Origin: an uncultured virus (IMG/VR IMGVR_UViG_3300010233_000001)
Lineage: Duplodnaviria; Heunggongvirae; Uroviricota; Caudoviricetes
Direction: 5' to 3' (one strand)
IMG/VR virus record: IMGVR_UViG_3300010233_000001
Length of the DNA: 64,000 bases
The position numbers and the translations under genes are program-made. This document shows positions 1 to 8,823 of the stretch, one piece after another; within the stretch, counting starts at the first letter, position 1; each line of letters begins with the position of its first letter. The notes under the pieces were generated by a model. The model was not told the origin of the DNA and did not search any database. It saw only the letters and a program-made list of their open reading frames with translations.

Positions 1-200
1 ACAAATATAATCTATAAATAGATCATTATCAATTAAAACATTAAAAGAAGCAATAACATATTTACGTTTATAATATGTTGAATCTATAACAGGTTGCGTA
101 TCGAACTTGTCAATCAATTTGAGCTGTAGCTTACGACTATACTGGCCGGCGCACTTCCTGGAACAGAAAGGGCCCGCTTTGTTTTTGCGAGCCTTATCTC

Positions 201-542
201 TCACCAAACGAGGGGAGCGTTCAAACTCTTTCTTGCACCAGGCACAATTGAACTTGACATGCTTGACTCNNNNNNNNNNNNNNNNNNNNNNNNNNNNNNN
301 NNNNNNNNNNNNNNNNNNNNNNNNNNNNNNNNNNNNNNNNNNNNNNNNNNNNNNNNNNNNNNNNNNNNNNNNNCTGGATCTAACCTACGACCCAATTGAA
401 GTTCCATCAACCACTTAGGATAAGAAACAGTACGAGTCGAACCATCGTCATCTACAACGATGACAATCTGGCGACCGTCTTGTCTCTTATAGGGTCCGTG
501 AACTTTGGCTACTGGCATACCCAAATACCAGAATATTGACAC
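201..542 (-). CDS. Probable HNH-type homing endonuclease, interrupted by an assembly gap
   Basis: 'YPKWLMELQLGRRLDP' is the typical pre-HNH segment, and the rest lies in the N run. Confidence 0.5.
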   Translation of the reverse strand: MSIFWYLGMPVAKVHGPYKRQDGRQIVIVVDDDGSTRTVSYPKWLMELQLGRRLDPXXXXXXXXXXXXXXXXXXXXXXXXXXXXXXXXXXXESSMSSSIVPGARKSLNAPLVW

Positions 543-546
543 TCAC

Positions 547-1497
547 TTATCGAATACGGCGGCCCCAATAGTCTCTTTTGGGAGGATTGGGATAAGTGGG
601 AGAATCTTCCAATACCTTGGTCTGATACCAGGAAGGAAGAGTATTCCAGTACTGAGCTTCTTTTTCGTTGAGTTTACGGTCTTGTCGGAGAGTCGGGGTA
701 CCAGTATCAACCCACTTGGCGACACGTTCTACTTCAATGGGAGCACCTTTGTGATCAAGGACTTTGACTCCGTTGCTATCCAGTTTGTAGATGACTTCGT
801 AAGCCAGGTATTGGAAGCGAACCTTCACTTCACTATCATAGTAGAGACCGCCCTTAGAATAACCCCAGTAGGTCTTCCAGGCTTTAGCATAACCACCACG
901 CTTTTTGTTCTTATCGGCGGGAGTAAACCAGAAAAGCTTATTGCCCACTTTGCCAACGATGCGGCCGTTCAGCCAGTTACCAAGTTGCTTGGTATCGATA
1001 GCCGGGACTTTTTCTTTCTTCCAAGGACTTTCAAGAACGGTCTTCTCACGAAGAATACCATCGTCATCCACATAGAACTCGTACTCACGATAAGAGGTGG
1101 TGAACTCATCAGGGCGGTTTCGGCTGGCTAATAAGCTGTATGTCAAATCAGGAGTTACCTCTACCGACTTGAGAAGGTGGTCGAAGGTAATGTGGCGTCC
1201 CGCCGTGGTGCGAGTATCGAACTTCTCGAAAACTTCAGAACGAACCTCAGCCCAAGGACGACCAGCTTGTTTACGAAGCCAGCGGTACATTGGACGAAGC
1301 TTGTCTGTAAAGCCTTGATAGACGGGCTCAATCGGCTCCACATCCTCTTCGTAAGCCACTTCCAAGTCTTTCATGACATCGGCCAGATAGTTTTTGAGTT
1401 TGGCTCGAACATCAGCGTGGGAGTGGCGGCGATCCCATTTATTGGAGTTGTGGCGCCCGCCTTCGATGACCGTTCGTTGCAATCTTTTTGTGGACAT
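547..1497 (-). CDS. Hypothetical phage protein, 316 aa
   Basis: Long ORF with a GGAG RBS and no recognised motif. Confidence 0.7.
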   Translation of the reverse strand: MSTKRLQRTVIEGGRHNSNKWDRRHSHADVRAKLKNYLADVMKDLEVAYEEDVEPIEPVYQGFTDKLRPMYRWLRKQAGRPWAEVRSEVFEKFDTRTTAGRHITFDHLLKSVEVTPDLTYSLLASRNRPDEFTTSYREYEFYVDDDGILREKTVLESPWKKEKVPAIDTKQLGNWLNGRIVGKVGNKLFWFTPADKNKKRGGYAKAWKTYWGYSKGGLYYDSEVKVRFQYLAYEVIYKLDSNGVKVLDHKGAPIEVERVAKWVDTGTPTLRQDRKLNEKEAQYWNTLPSWYQTKVLEDSPTYPNPPKRDYWGRRIR

Positions 1498-1517
1498 GGC
1501 ATTCTCCGAAGAGACAC

Positions 1518-1958
1518 TTATTGAAAGACTAAAATAGTTTTTATTCTATTAAGAATCTTATCTCTAGTAGTTTTAGAAAACTCAAAAAGCTTTTTGTCGA
1601 AACTAAAAGCTGGCTGTAAATCTTTGGGGACTTGATTAATCTTCTTATCGATAACTCTGTTTTCAGCATCTACATCGTAGACATTGATAGATGTTACAGG
1701 ATAAAGATTGGGATAATTATGCTGCATGATTACATATTTATGACGCCCTTCATAAATACTAACAGTCTCTTTTTCAATCCTAACGGTAGGATACCAGAGG
1801 TCATTGTTGGTCAACTGAACTCTGTAATGCTCTAAATCATTAGCACAACAATAATTGTATCCTCGATACAATTTAGAGTTGAACAAATCAATTTGTCCTC
1901 CACAGAGAGGGCATCGAAGAGAGTTGAGAAGGGCTTTTACTAGTGGGTCCAATGACAA
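1518..1958 (-). CDS. Hypothetical protein with an N-terminal CxxC
   Basis: ORF track, CPLC...CC. Confidence 0.6.
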   Translation of the reverse strand: MSLDPLVKALLNSLRCPLCGGQIDLFNSKLYRGYNYCCANDLEHYRVQLTNNDLWYPTVRIEKETVSIYEGRHKYVIMQHNYPNLYPVTSINVYDVDAENRVIDKKINQVPKDLQPAFSFDKKLFEFSKTTRDKILNRIKTILVFQ

Positions 1959-2060
1959 CTCAATATGATAGTGGGAGCGGGAGCGGAACAGGTAGTTGAA
2001 CCCACTAAACGCATGTTGCTATATTGGGATAAAGTTCGTTCAATCATTGAGGCAAGTTTG

Positions 2061-2163
2061 TTGCAGATGCAGGATTCGAACGCTGCGACCTCCAGGGTAT
2101 CTTTGCTGGCGTCAAAGACGCTTGCACTGAACCTGGCGAGCTACCGGGCTGCTCCAATCTGCT
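2061..2163 (-). tRNA. tRNA-Met(CAT), initiator-like, with a 28-nt insertion in the anticodon
   Basis: AGCAGAT/ATCTGCA acceptor with 1:72 mismatch, D-arm GAGCAGCCCGGTAGCTC, stem CCAGG/CCTGG, loop TTCA[28 nt]TAC, T-loop TTCGAAT. Confidence 0.75.
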
Positions 2164-2166
2164 ATA

Positions 2167-2217
2167 TGGTTGGGGATAAGGGAATTGAACCCCTATTCAC
2201 GGCTTCAGAGACCGCCG
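2167..2217 (-). tRNA. tRNA-Gln(CTG), 3' part; 5' end lost in the gap
   Basis: GCGGT-CTCTGAA-GCCGT anticodon arm, T-arm and CCA. Confidence 0.75.
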
Positions 2218-2228
2218 NNNNNNNNNNA

Positions 2229-2286
2229 ATTGAACCCCTGCCTGATGGGTCAGAACCATCCGTACTGGCCGTTGTACTAATCCCCA
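2229..2286 (-). tRNA. tRNA-Gln(CTG), 5' part; 3' end lost in the gap
   Basis: TGGGGAT start, GATGG-TTCTGAC-CCATC anticodon arm. Confidence 0.75.
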
Positions 2287-2307
2287 ATTCTTCTTAGTGA
2301 TACCTAA

Positions 2308-3048
2308 TTATGCAGCGTTTTTCTTTTGCCAATGATGACGGGGCGGTAATGCAAGTCCGTAGCCTTTTGCCCATTTCCTTACAGCATTATCAGATACTTC
2401 AAAATATTCAGCAAGTTGTGTAGCTGGCTTTTCCCAAATGAGTTGTCCCAATACTTCTTTAGTGGGTCTTTCTACCTTTCTGGTAGCGGGGCGAGGACTG
2501 TTTCTCCAATCTGGGTTAATTTGAGAGGGGCTTGGTGGGCTATCTTTTTTATGTCTGCGCCCGCCAAATGTATCAGTTTGACTATGACAATGAGGACAAA
2601 GTATTCTGAGATTTTCAATCCTGTTATCGTTGCAAACTCCATTGATATGATCAATCTGAAGAGATAACGGTTTACCATTCCATTCGGGCAATTGACCGCA
2701 GATAGCACACTTGTTTTCCAATAGCCCTTCTTTTATGAGGCGCTTTTTCAGATTACTTCTGTTAAGAGTAGAATCTATCACCAGAATGTCTTCTAAGGGA
2801 GAAGATTTTCGTGAAGAACGTTTCCCCTTATTATGACCGAGCCCAAGAGCAATGTGCGAATAATCTATCCCATCAAATTGTAATCGGGCCTTCAAACTCA
2901 CATACGATGCACTACGATTATCTAATCCAAATGACATTAGAACTTGGTTAAGGGAGGTGGCATTTTTAACTGTTGCCTCTAACGCGATTTTTTCGATGCG
3001 CCAAACGGCACTTCTTTTACGACGAGGCTTGATGGTAGGGCCACTCAT
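2308..3048 (-). CDS. HNH homing endonuclease between tRNA-Gln genes
   Basis: CAICG...LQIDHING...NRIENLRILCPHCHSQT with a C-terminal HTH-like segment. Confidence 0.9.
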   Translation of the reverse strand: MSGPTIKPRRKRSAVWRIEKIALEATVKNATSLNQVLMSFGLDNRSASYVSLKARLQFDGIDYSHIALGLGHNKGKRSSRKSSPLEDILVIDSTLNRSNLKKRLIKEGLLENKCAICGQLPEWNGKPLSLQIDHINGVCNDNRIENLRILCPHCHSQTDTFGGRRHKKDSPPSPSQINPDWRNSPRPATRKVERPTKEVLGQLIWEKPATQLAEYFEVSDNAVRKWAKGYGLALPPRHHWQKKNAA

Positions 3049-3096
3049 ACCCCACTATATATCCTGTCAATAGCGAACTGAAATCCGAAAATTGCT

Positions 3097-3172
3097 TGGT
3101 TGGAGAACTCAGAGTCGAACTGAGATAAGATGGGTCAAAGCCATCCGTAATGAACCGTTATACTATTCTCCA
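3097..3172 (-). tRNA. tRNA-Gln(TTG)
   Basis: Cloverleaf with GATGG-CTTTGAC-CCATC and CCA. Confidence 0.9.
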
Positions 3173-3182
3173 ATGCGTATGT

Positions 3183-3362
3183 CTATATATCGTTATTACC
3201 AGAACCTTGCGGATAATTTCGTGCCGCAGCGTCTAAAGCTGCGAAGATAGCCTCGTCCTCTGCCTGCATAATTTGTTGGCGCATGCGCTCAATCATGTCA
3301 GCCCAATTGAGGGGATTTTTAGTTAGCTTACCAGCCGAGTTGATATGAAAAGGTAACCTCAC
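3183..3362 (-). CDS. 59-aa mini-protein: shared leader plus capsid-like fragment 4 (not in the ORF track)
   Basis: GTG start overlapping the upstream TGA; MRLPFHINSAGKLTKNPLNWADMIERMRQQIMQAEDEAIFAALDAAARNYPQGSGNNDI. Confidence 0.75.
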   Translation of the reverse strand: MRLPFHINSAGKLTKNPLNWADMIERMRQQIMQAEDEAIFAALDAAARNYPQGSGNNDI

Positions 3363-3586
3363 AAAGTCCCCTTGTCAACCAATTTTCCTTGGCACGTAAT
3401 GCGAAACTTTAGATTCCGAATAGCGCGGTCGATGATATTGAAACGACGTCTCTTGACTTCAGAAATTCTGATAACCGGATTAGCAAAGATTTCAAATTCC
3501 GGAACAACAACTCTGTTTCCAAAAATCCCACGATGAGGAGTATTTACTAATTTGCCGCTAGAATTGATTTGTAATGGTGTTTTCAC
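3359..3586 (-). CDS. 75-aa mini-protein: shared leader plus capsid-like fragment 3
   Basis: MKTPLQINSSGKLV...IFGNRVVVPEFEIFANPVIRISEVKRRRFNIIDRA. Confidence 0.8.
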   Translation of the reverse strand: MKTPLQINSSGKLVNTPHRGIFGNRVVVPEFEIFANPVIRISEVKRRRFNIIDRAIRNLKFRITCQGKLVDKGTL

Positions 3587-3599
3587 ACTCCATCATATA

Positions 3600-3836
3600 T
3601 CATTCCTCTTCAGAATCGTCACCAATTGGATCCCTCTCATAGTAGGGAAGTGCGCCCAGTGACATTTGATCAACTACTAAACATCGACGAGCCATGCTTT
3701 GATAATCAAAATTTCTACGAAAAAGATTCGCTATGGCAGATCTACCCTTAAAAGAAACGGCTTTTTGAAAAAGCCTATCTTTCCAAGAATCATCAATCAG
3801 TTTGCCGTCGGGAGTGATCGTAAGAGAGCGCCGCAT
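3600..3836 (-). CDS. 78-aa mini-protein: shared leader plus capsid-like fragment 2
   Basis: MRRSLTITPDGKLI...ANLFRRNFDYQSMARRCLVVDQMSLGALPYYERD. Confidence 0.8.
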   Translation of the reverse strand: MRRSLTITPDGKLIDDSWKDRLFQKAVSFKGRSAIANLFRRNFDYQSMARRCLVVDQMSLGALPYYERDPIGDDSEEE

Positions 3837-4031
3837 ACCGCAACATATATCACTTACTTACCAGATCCCTACTTTGACAATATCGTCATAGTCCCGTTGA
3901 GCCATATAGTATCTCGTGGGTTGAAGCGACCAACTATCTATTTCTCTTTTGAGAGAACGAAGATTAGCTGTTGCTTTGCTGGTAATCTTACCATCGGGTG
4001 TAATGACTATTGGGCATTGCATCTAACCTAC

Positions 4032-4166
4032 TTAAAAATAAGCCTTGCCAGCCTTGAGCTGTTCAATAGCCTTGGCAATCATAGCCGCACGTTTATCTGC
4101 ATCTCTTGCGGCTGTAAGCCAATGAAGAATTTTACCATCTTGTGTGATAACAAATGGACATTTCAT
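4032..4166 (-). CDS. 44-aa mini-protein: shared leader plus possible capsid-like fragment 1
   Basis: MKCPFVITQDGKILHWLTAARDADKRAAMIAKAIEQLKAGKAYF, using an internal ATG of track ORF 4032..4283. Confidence 0.7.
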   Translation of the reverse strand: MKCPFVITQDGKILHWLTAARDADKRAAMIAKAIEQLKAGKAYF

Positions 4167-4239
4167 ATGGTGTCTCGCGTGAGAATTACACCCACTTCTC
4201 TGTCTGTGCCAATTGCCATGCGATTGAACATTGGGGATA

Positions 4240-4362
4240 TGGTGGATCATTCGGGATTTGAACCCGGCTACTGACAGAGCCATGTGGAAATACCAGTAGT
4301 AAGCCTTCTTCTATAACCCATTACCAGACGGTTTACGAATATCCAGGTCATGTCTAGGACCC
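4240..4362 (-). ncRNA. D-arm-less tRNA-like RNA with G3:U70 and a long irregular stem
   Basis: GGGTCCT/ATGATCC-A-CCA acceptor, T-arm CCGGG-TTCAAAT-CCCGA, about 80-nt imperfect hairpin between them. Confidence 0.55.
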
Positions 4363-4459
4363 AGCGGATAGCTAATTGCTATCCAAGTTTTTACTGAGGC
4401 TGCTTTGGCTAACTAATGAAACATTCGCGAATTGTGTCTCGTAGCCAAGCAGTCAGTTA

Positions 4460-4534
4460 TGGTGGATAACATCGGGAGTCGAACCCGAATTTATACCTTG
4501 CCGAGGTATTGTGTTCCCATTACACCATGAACCC
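4460..4534 (-). tRNA. tRNA-Ala(GGC), atypical (C33, bulged acceptor)
   Basis: ATACC-TCGGCAA-GGTAT, T-loop TTCGACT, CCA. Confidence 0.7.
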
Positions 4535-4706
4535 ATTATCTTATTTCTGCTTCTTTAACTTAGTTTTTAGTTTCTTAATCTGATCTTTTAGCTTCTCATT
4601 TTCCGCTTTGAGAAACGTAATTTCCTCTTCATATACTCTTTTGCTAGAAATATCTTGGAGATACTTTTCCCTTTCTTTTTCTTTGTGATCAAAAATTCTA
4701 GCCATT

Positions 4707-4783
4707 TGGTGGAGGAAATGGGAATTGAACCCATTCTGATAATTTGCAGGACTATCGTGCGAACCCGTTGACACTTTTCCCCC
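4707..4783 (-). tRNA. tRNA-Ala(TGC)
   Basis: GGGGGAA/TTCCTCC with G3:U70, ATAGT-CCTGCAA-ATTAT, CCA. Confidence 0.85.
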
Positions 4784-4957
4784 GTGTTCGTTCATTATTA
4801 TGAAACACTATGCCTAGATGCGATCTAAAGTGAAATGTAGAACTTTTGCACCTAGGAGCATTCCACTAGGGCTAAAACCAAGATAGCGAACAAAATGGAT
4901 CAAAATCAGGACTTTACTTTTGTAATCGCGAACATAAAGATATTTATTATGCCCAGA

Positions 4958-5415
4958 TTAGTTTCGAGGCTTACTTGTATTGGCGTACCCGACATCTTGA
5001 TCAATGGCCTTTTGAACCAGATCAGTACATGGAACATTACTAATGACTACGGCACTATTACTGCTAAGAGCATAACATAGATTAGTGCGCGGGTCCTTCA
5101 GATAGGTAATCTTACTAATTCTATCTTGAGGAGTTTGACAGGCAAACAAACTGAATAAACACATCGCCACAATAATCTTTTTCATTTAGCTAACAAAGCC
5201 TCTACTTCTGGTGAACAGGGCACTTGACTATAAACACGATCAGTTCCGATGGGATAGGAAGCAATACTACTAACCACAAAACAGTATCCAGTACGGTCAT
5301 CTTTGGCATACTCAAGAGTATTGACTTCATTCTTTTGAGCCTCTTGCATGATATGCGCCGGATGCAAATCACATCCGGCTAAACCTAATAAGGCAATAAC
5401 TATTAGTGCTTTCAT
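4958..5415 (-). CDS. Two tandem paralogous small lipoproteins (4958-5185 and 5182-5415)
   Basis: Lipobox-like LFAC and LAGC, shared Y.KD.RT..C...VPC. Confidence 0.65.
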
Positions 5416-5861
5416 GAATGAACCTGAGCAAAAGCGTGACGAATCTTGCCGCTGGCTCCAACAAAAACGAATCCCTTGAGGATGTCTCCGTCATCGACAG
5501 CCTTGTTGAAGAAGAGAATCTCGATCAGCTGATCGCCCTTCTTCTTGATTTCCACAAGCTGGATAACCCAATTCTCGGGCTTGACAGCCTCTTCCTGAAG
5601 GAACTTCAGCATAATTCCTTTATCCTCTGTCAACTGATCATAGTTACCATATGGGGCCAAGTTGATCATGTCTTCTAGACATTCCTCACCTCGTTCCAAA
5701 AGGAACTTGCCAAGAGCTTCGGTACATTCGGCGAATCCAATAGTCAAGTGTTTACGCAGGATGGCATCGAGTTCTTCGATCTTCTTGGAGGCATCAATAT
5801 CGGCTGCTAGCTTTTCAAATACGGTCTTCTCAGGCTGAGAAGTTGCAAGTGTCTCTTCCAT
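5412..5861 (-). CDS. Hypothetical protein
   Basis: ORF preceded by a TTGACG-N16-TATGTT promoter-like site. Confidence 0.6.
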   Translation of the reverse strand: MEETLATSQPEKTVFEKLAADIDASKKIEELDAILRKHLTIGFAECTEALGKFLLERGEECLEDMINLAPYGNYDQLTEDKGIMLKFLQEEAVKPENWVIQLVEIKKKGDQLIEILFFNKAVDDGDILKGFVFVGASGKIRHAFAQVHS

Positions 5862-5891
5862 GCGCCCAACATAATTCTGAAAAATTAGCCG

Positions 5892-6473
5892 TCAAGGCAA
5901 GTAGAATTCTTTTTCGTTATTTTCTAGAATGCCCGTCAGAATTGATTTCAAATCCTTCTCATCGGAGTAGGTGTGAATAACTGGAAGATTCAGGTCGAGG
6001 AACATCTTCTCTAGACCTATATCAATTTCCTTAGCTCCAGCTTCGTCCTGGTAGCGCCCTTCACTGACGTAGGGTCTGTGACGCTTGAGGAGGATGTTGA
6101 TATGCCTGTGACCATCATCGTGCGTCTGCTGATAGAAAGCTTGAGTCATCTCCTTGACACCGGCCGCCAGCGTTGGGGTGGTATACTTGGAGGCATAGTA
6201 AACGTTCATAAAAATAGGGCAGTCAGTTACTAACCAATCTACTTTACCCAGGAGCATGCTCTCATGTCGAACCTGCTTCCCAAGGAAATAGATTTGGTCA
6301 TAGGTATTAATCTTGCGATTTTCATAGGCCCAGTCCTTGACATACTCTCGGACCAGTTCGGCACTTCTACCAGCAGACTTAAGCAGGTAAAAGACATAAG
6401 CTGCTGATGTAGATTTACCAGCGCTCGGGCCGCCATACAGATTAATGATGGTTGTCTTTCGTTCAGAACCCAT
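5892..6473 (-). CDS. P-loop kinase (AAA_28/NadR-like)
   Basis: IINLYGGPSAGKST...LVREYVK...LVTDCP; start reassigned to MGSERK. Confidence 0.75.
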   Translation of the reverse strand: MGSERKTTIINLYGGPSAGKSTSAAYVFYLLKSAGRSAELVREYVKDWAYENRKINTYDQIYFLGKQVRHESMLLGKVDWLVTDCPIFMNVYYASKYTTPTLAAGVKEMTQAFYQQTHDDGHRHINILLKRHRPYVSEGRYQDEAGAKEIDIGLEKMFLDLNLPVIHTYSDEKDLKSILTGILENNEKEFYLP

Positions 6474-6687
6474 GCTAACTCCTTTAGTAATCAATCGGGA
6501 AAGCTTCTTGGTCTTCAGCTTTGTCATTTTCCCATTGCTCACGTTCTTGCTGAATATAATCGAGAACGGCACAGGCGGCATGACGCCAAGCGTCTTGGTG
6601 AGCCTTATCCACCTGAGACCAGTCAGCGACTTCACCTGCTTGTTCGGTGTATTTGAGATATGCAATCAATCCAATATCAATAGCCAT

Positions 6688-6765
6688 TGGTGGGTTCAGA
6701 GGGATTCGAACCCTCACTATTCGATTTAAAAGACCGACGTGCTAACCATTAAACACTACGAACCC
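6688..6765 (-). tRNA. tRNA-Lys(TTT)
   Basis: Cloverleaf with CT-TTT-AA loop and CCA. Confidence 0.9.
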
Positions 6766-7018
6766 ATTATTTATTTTGAATTGTGTGATAGATAAAATAT
6801 TCTTGATCGGTTGGCTCTCTGATATCACCACACCACACAATTTCATTTACTAGACAACAACCGATTACATCAGAATTACCAGAGCGATTACTGATATTAA
6901 CCGTTTTGTGGTAGACATGAATTCTTTTGTCATTCTTGAATCCTTCTTTTAGATTCTTGAATGGTTGTTTGACTTCAGTGTCAGGAACGATCTTATTACA
7001 CTCTTCACAAAAATTCAT

Positions 7019-7096
7019 TGGTGGAACCGGTGGGATTCGAACCCACACTTGCCTGATTAAGAGTCAGGTGTGCTAAACCATTAACACTACGATTCC
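7019..7096 (-). tRNA. tRNA-Lys(CTT)
   Basis: CCTGA-CTCTTAA-TCAGG, CCA. Confidence 0.9.
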
Positions 7097-7161
7097 ATTA
7101 CTCCATTCGCTTGTTAGCGTGGCTGAGGTATCCACCACTAAATATCTTATATGCCAGGTTA

Positions 7162-7761
7162 TTACTTTACCAACTCTTTATTAAGAGTGTACATTGGAAA
7201 CAACATCTGAGAGTTGATTTGGCAGCACTCGTGATCTTTCATCTCTTGAAGGAAACCCCATTGAGTTTCCGAGTTCTCATCGCGACCTTGATGCACCTTG
7301 TAAACAATCTGCTTGGCGTAATCGGGGATGAACCAGCCCATTAGTTTGAAGTTAGGGCAACGACCTGTTCCCAGGATCATTGGTACTTTACCTTGGTCTC
7401 GGTTAGTCAGAATCAATCCGTAACCTGGATCGAAAGTAAATCGAGCATTGACTTGGCCCACATCGGGGTAGTCATGAAATTCATTGACTCCCACAACTCG
7501 GGCAGTTCCTCCGCCCCACTCTCGAATAGCATACTCAAATTGTTTGGCAGCAATGGTTCTAGCTAGACTGTCACCTTCATCTCCTGAAAAAGAACGGTCA
7601 TACAATCCATTTTTTTTAGACTCTATCTCTTGTAGATTTCCAAGAGAAATGGCAGCCTGTACGTCTTGATCAGAAATCTTAACAGTAATCCAGTCAGCTT
7701 CAGATGTAAGTCTGACGCCCTTCATGTTGAGTCTGGCTAACTTATTGCTTTTTTGTTTCAT
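7162..7761 (-). CDS. Hypothetical protein, 199 aa
   Basis: ORF with RBS; family not recognised with confidence. Confidence 0.6.
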   Translation of the reverse strand: MKQKSNKLARLNMKGVRLTSEADWITVKISDQDVQAAISLGNLQEIESKKNGLYDRSFSGDEGDSLARTIAAKQFEYAIREWGGGTARVVGVNEFHDYPDVGQVNARFTFDPGYGLILTNRDQGKVPMILGTGRCPNFKLMGWFIPDYAKQIVYKVHQGRDENSETQWGFLQEMKDHECCQINSQMLFPMYTLNKELVK

Positions 7762-8058
7762 CTAACCGCCTTCTTAGAATTCGAAGGCCCTAAGCTGATT
7801 GATTTGGAAATCAATATCCTTTTGGAGGTTGTATACTTCCATTACCTTTTGCATATTGGGTCCGTTGAAGTCTTTGTATTTCTGATGGACATCTTCATTT
7901 GACATTACATAGACTGGATAATCTTCCCAATCATAAGTATCACAAGCCACAATCATGTGGGTTGCACCTTTACTTTGTCCTTGTTTGATCCATTCTTGAA
8001 TCTCTTCTCTACTGGTTCCCATGAGCACCTCGTGCTCGCTCTATATCAGCAGGGAAAA

Positions 8059-8394
8059 TCAAAGTTTTCCGTCACGCCTCAATCTATCTTTATTCTTTTT
8101 CGTTTTGGTTCGCCCGCCCGGATCTTGTTTGGAAATAAACTTGACCTGCTTAGCAAACCCTTCGTGAGCCAATAAAGCTTCTGGAGTATGATAGGTCTCT
8201 TCCAATTCCTTGTTAGTGAAGTGGGCATGGATTGCTTTGTGGCAATCAGAACAAATTGTTTCCGTTGTCTTACCGCCACGGGACTTAGGGACCATGTGAT
8301 GGTCAGACGGGAAATAATTAGGGCGGTCACAAATAGGACAAAGCAATGGCTGACCATTAACAATGTCTTTGATTGTAGGCTTTTCCTTATTCAT
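8059..8394 (-). CDS. HNH endonuclease
   Basis: CPIC...SDHHMVPKSRGG...ICSDCHKAIH. Confidence 0.85.
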   Translation of the reverse strand: MNKEKPTIKDIVNGQPLLCPICDRPNYFPSDHHMVPKSRGGKTTETICSDCHKAIHAHFTNKELEETYHTPEALLAHEGFAKQVKFISKQDPGGRTKTKKNKDRLRRDGKL

Positions 8395-8397
8395 AAT

Positions 8398-8823
8398 TTA
8401 CCAGTAATGTAGATCTTCTATTTCTATGTTAGAATAGAATTCTATTATTGCATGAGCCCATTTTATCTTATCTTCAACTCTTTGACCTGAAGGTTGATAT
8501 CTAGACCATAGTTCTAAGTTTTCAATTCTGTTGTCTAGTTTATCACCATTTTTATGGTGAACACTCTCATCTTTTGTTAGGGTGCGACCTAAATGTTTTT
8601 CCATCACAAGACGATGTTCGCCAATGGTTATACTCTTACCATTTCCAATATATTTACAAATAATACGATAACCGTGCCTATCTACATAGCCGCTCATTGG
8701 TGGGGCCACTAAAGCTTTTGCTGGCCCAGGGTCGCCATGCTTTTGGACTCTAGACCAATGCATAGCGCAAAAACCCTTTGCTTCATGTTTTCTTTCGCAG
8801 CCTTCAACCTTACATTCTTTCAT
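8398..8823 (-). CDS. HNH homing endonuclease (HNH_3-like)
   Basis: [12 protein letters not shown]...[19 protein letters not shown]. Confidence 0.9.
   Translation of the reverse strand: MKECKVEGCERKHEAKGFCAMHWSRVQKHGDPGPAKALVAPPMSGYVDRHGYRIICKYIGNGKSITIGEHRLVMEKHLGRTLTKDESVHHKNGDKLDNRIENLELWSRYQPSGQRVEDKIKWAHAIIEFYSNIEIEDLHYW

Noticed and set aside
1971..2005. Additional tRNA
   Set aside because: Only a distorted T-loop and a GGGAGC duplication are present, with no cloverleaf.
1965..2297. Plus-strand ORFs over tRNA genes (also 9290, 10291, 10929, 13530, 51403)
   Set aside because: These are antisense shadows of tRNA genes.
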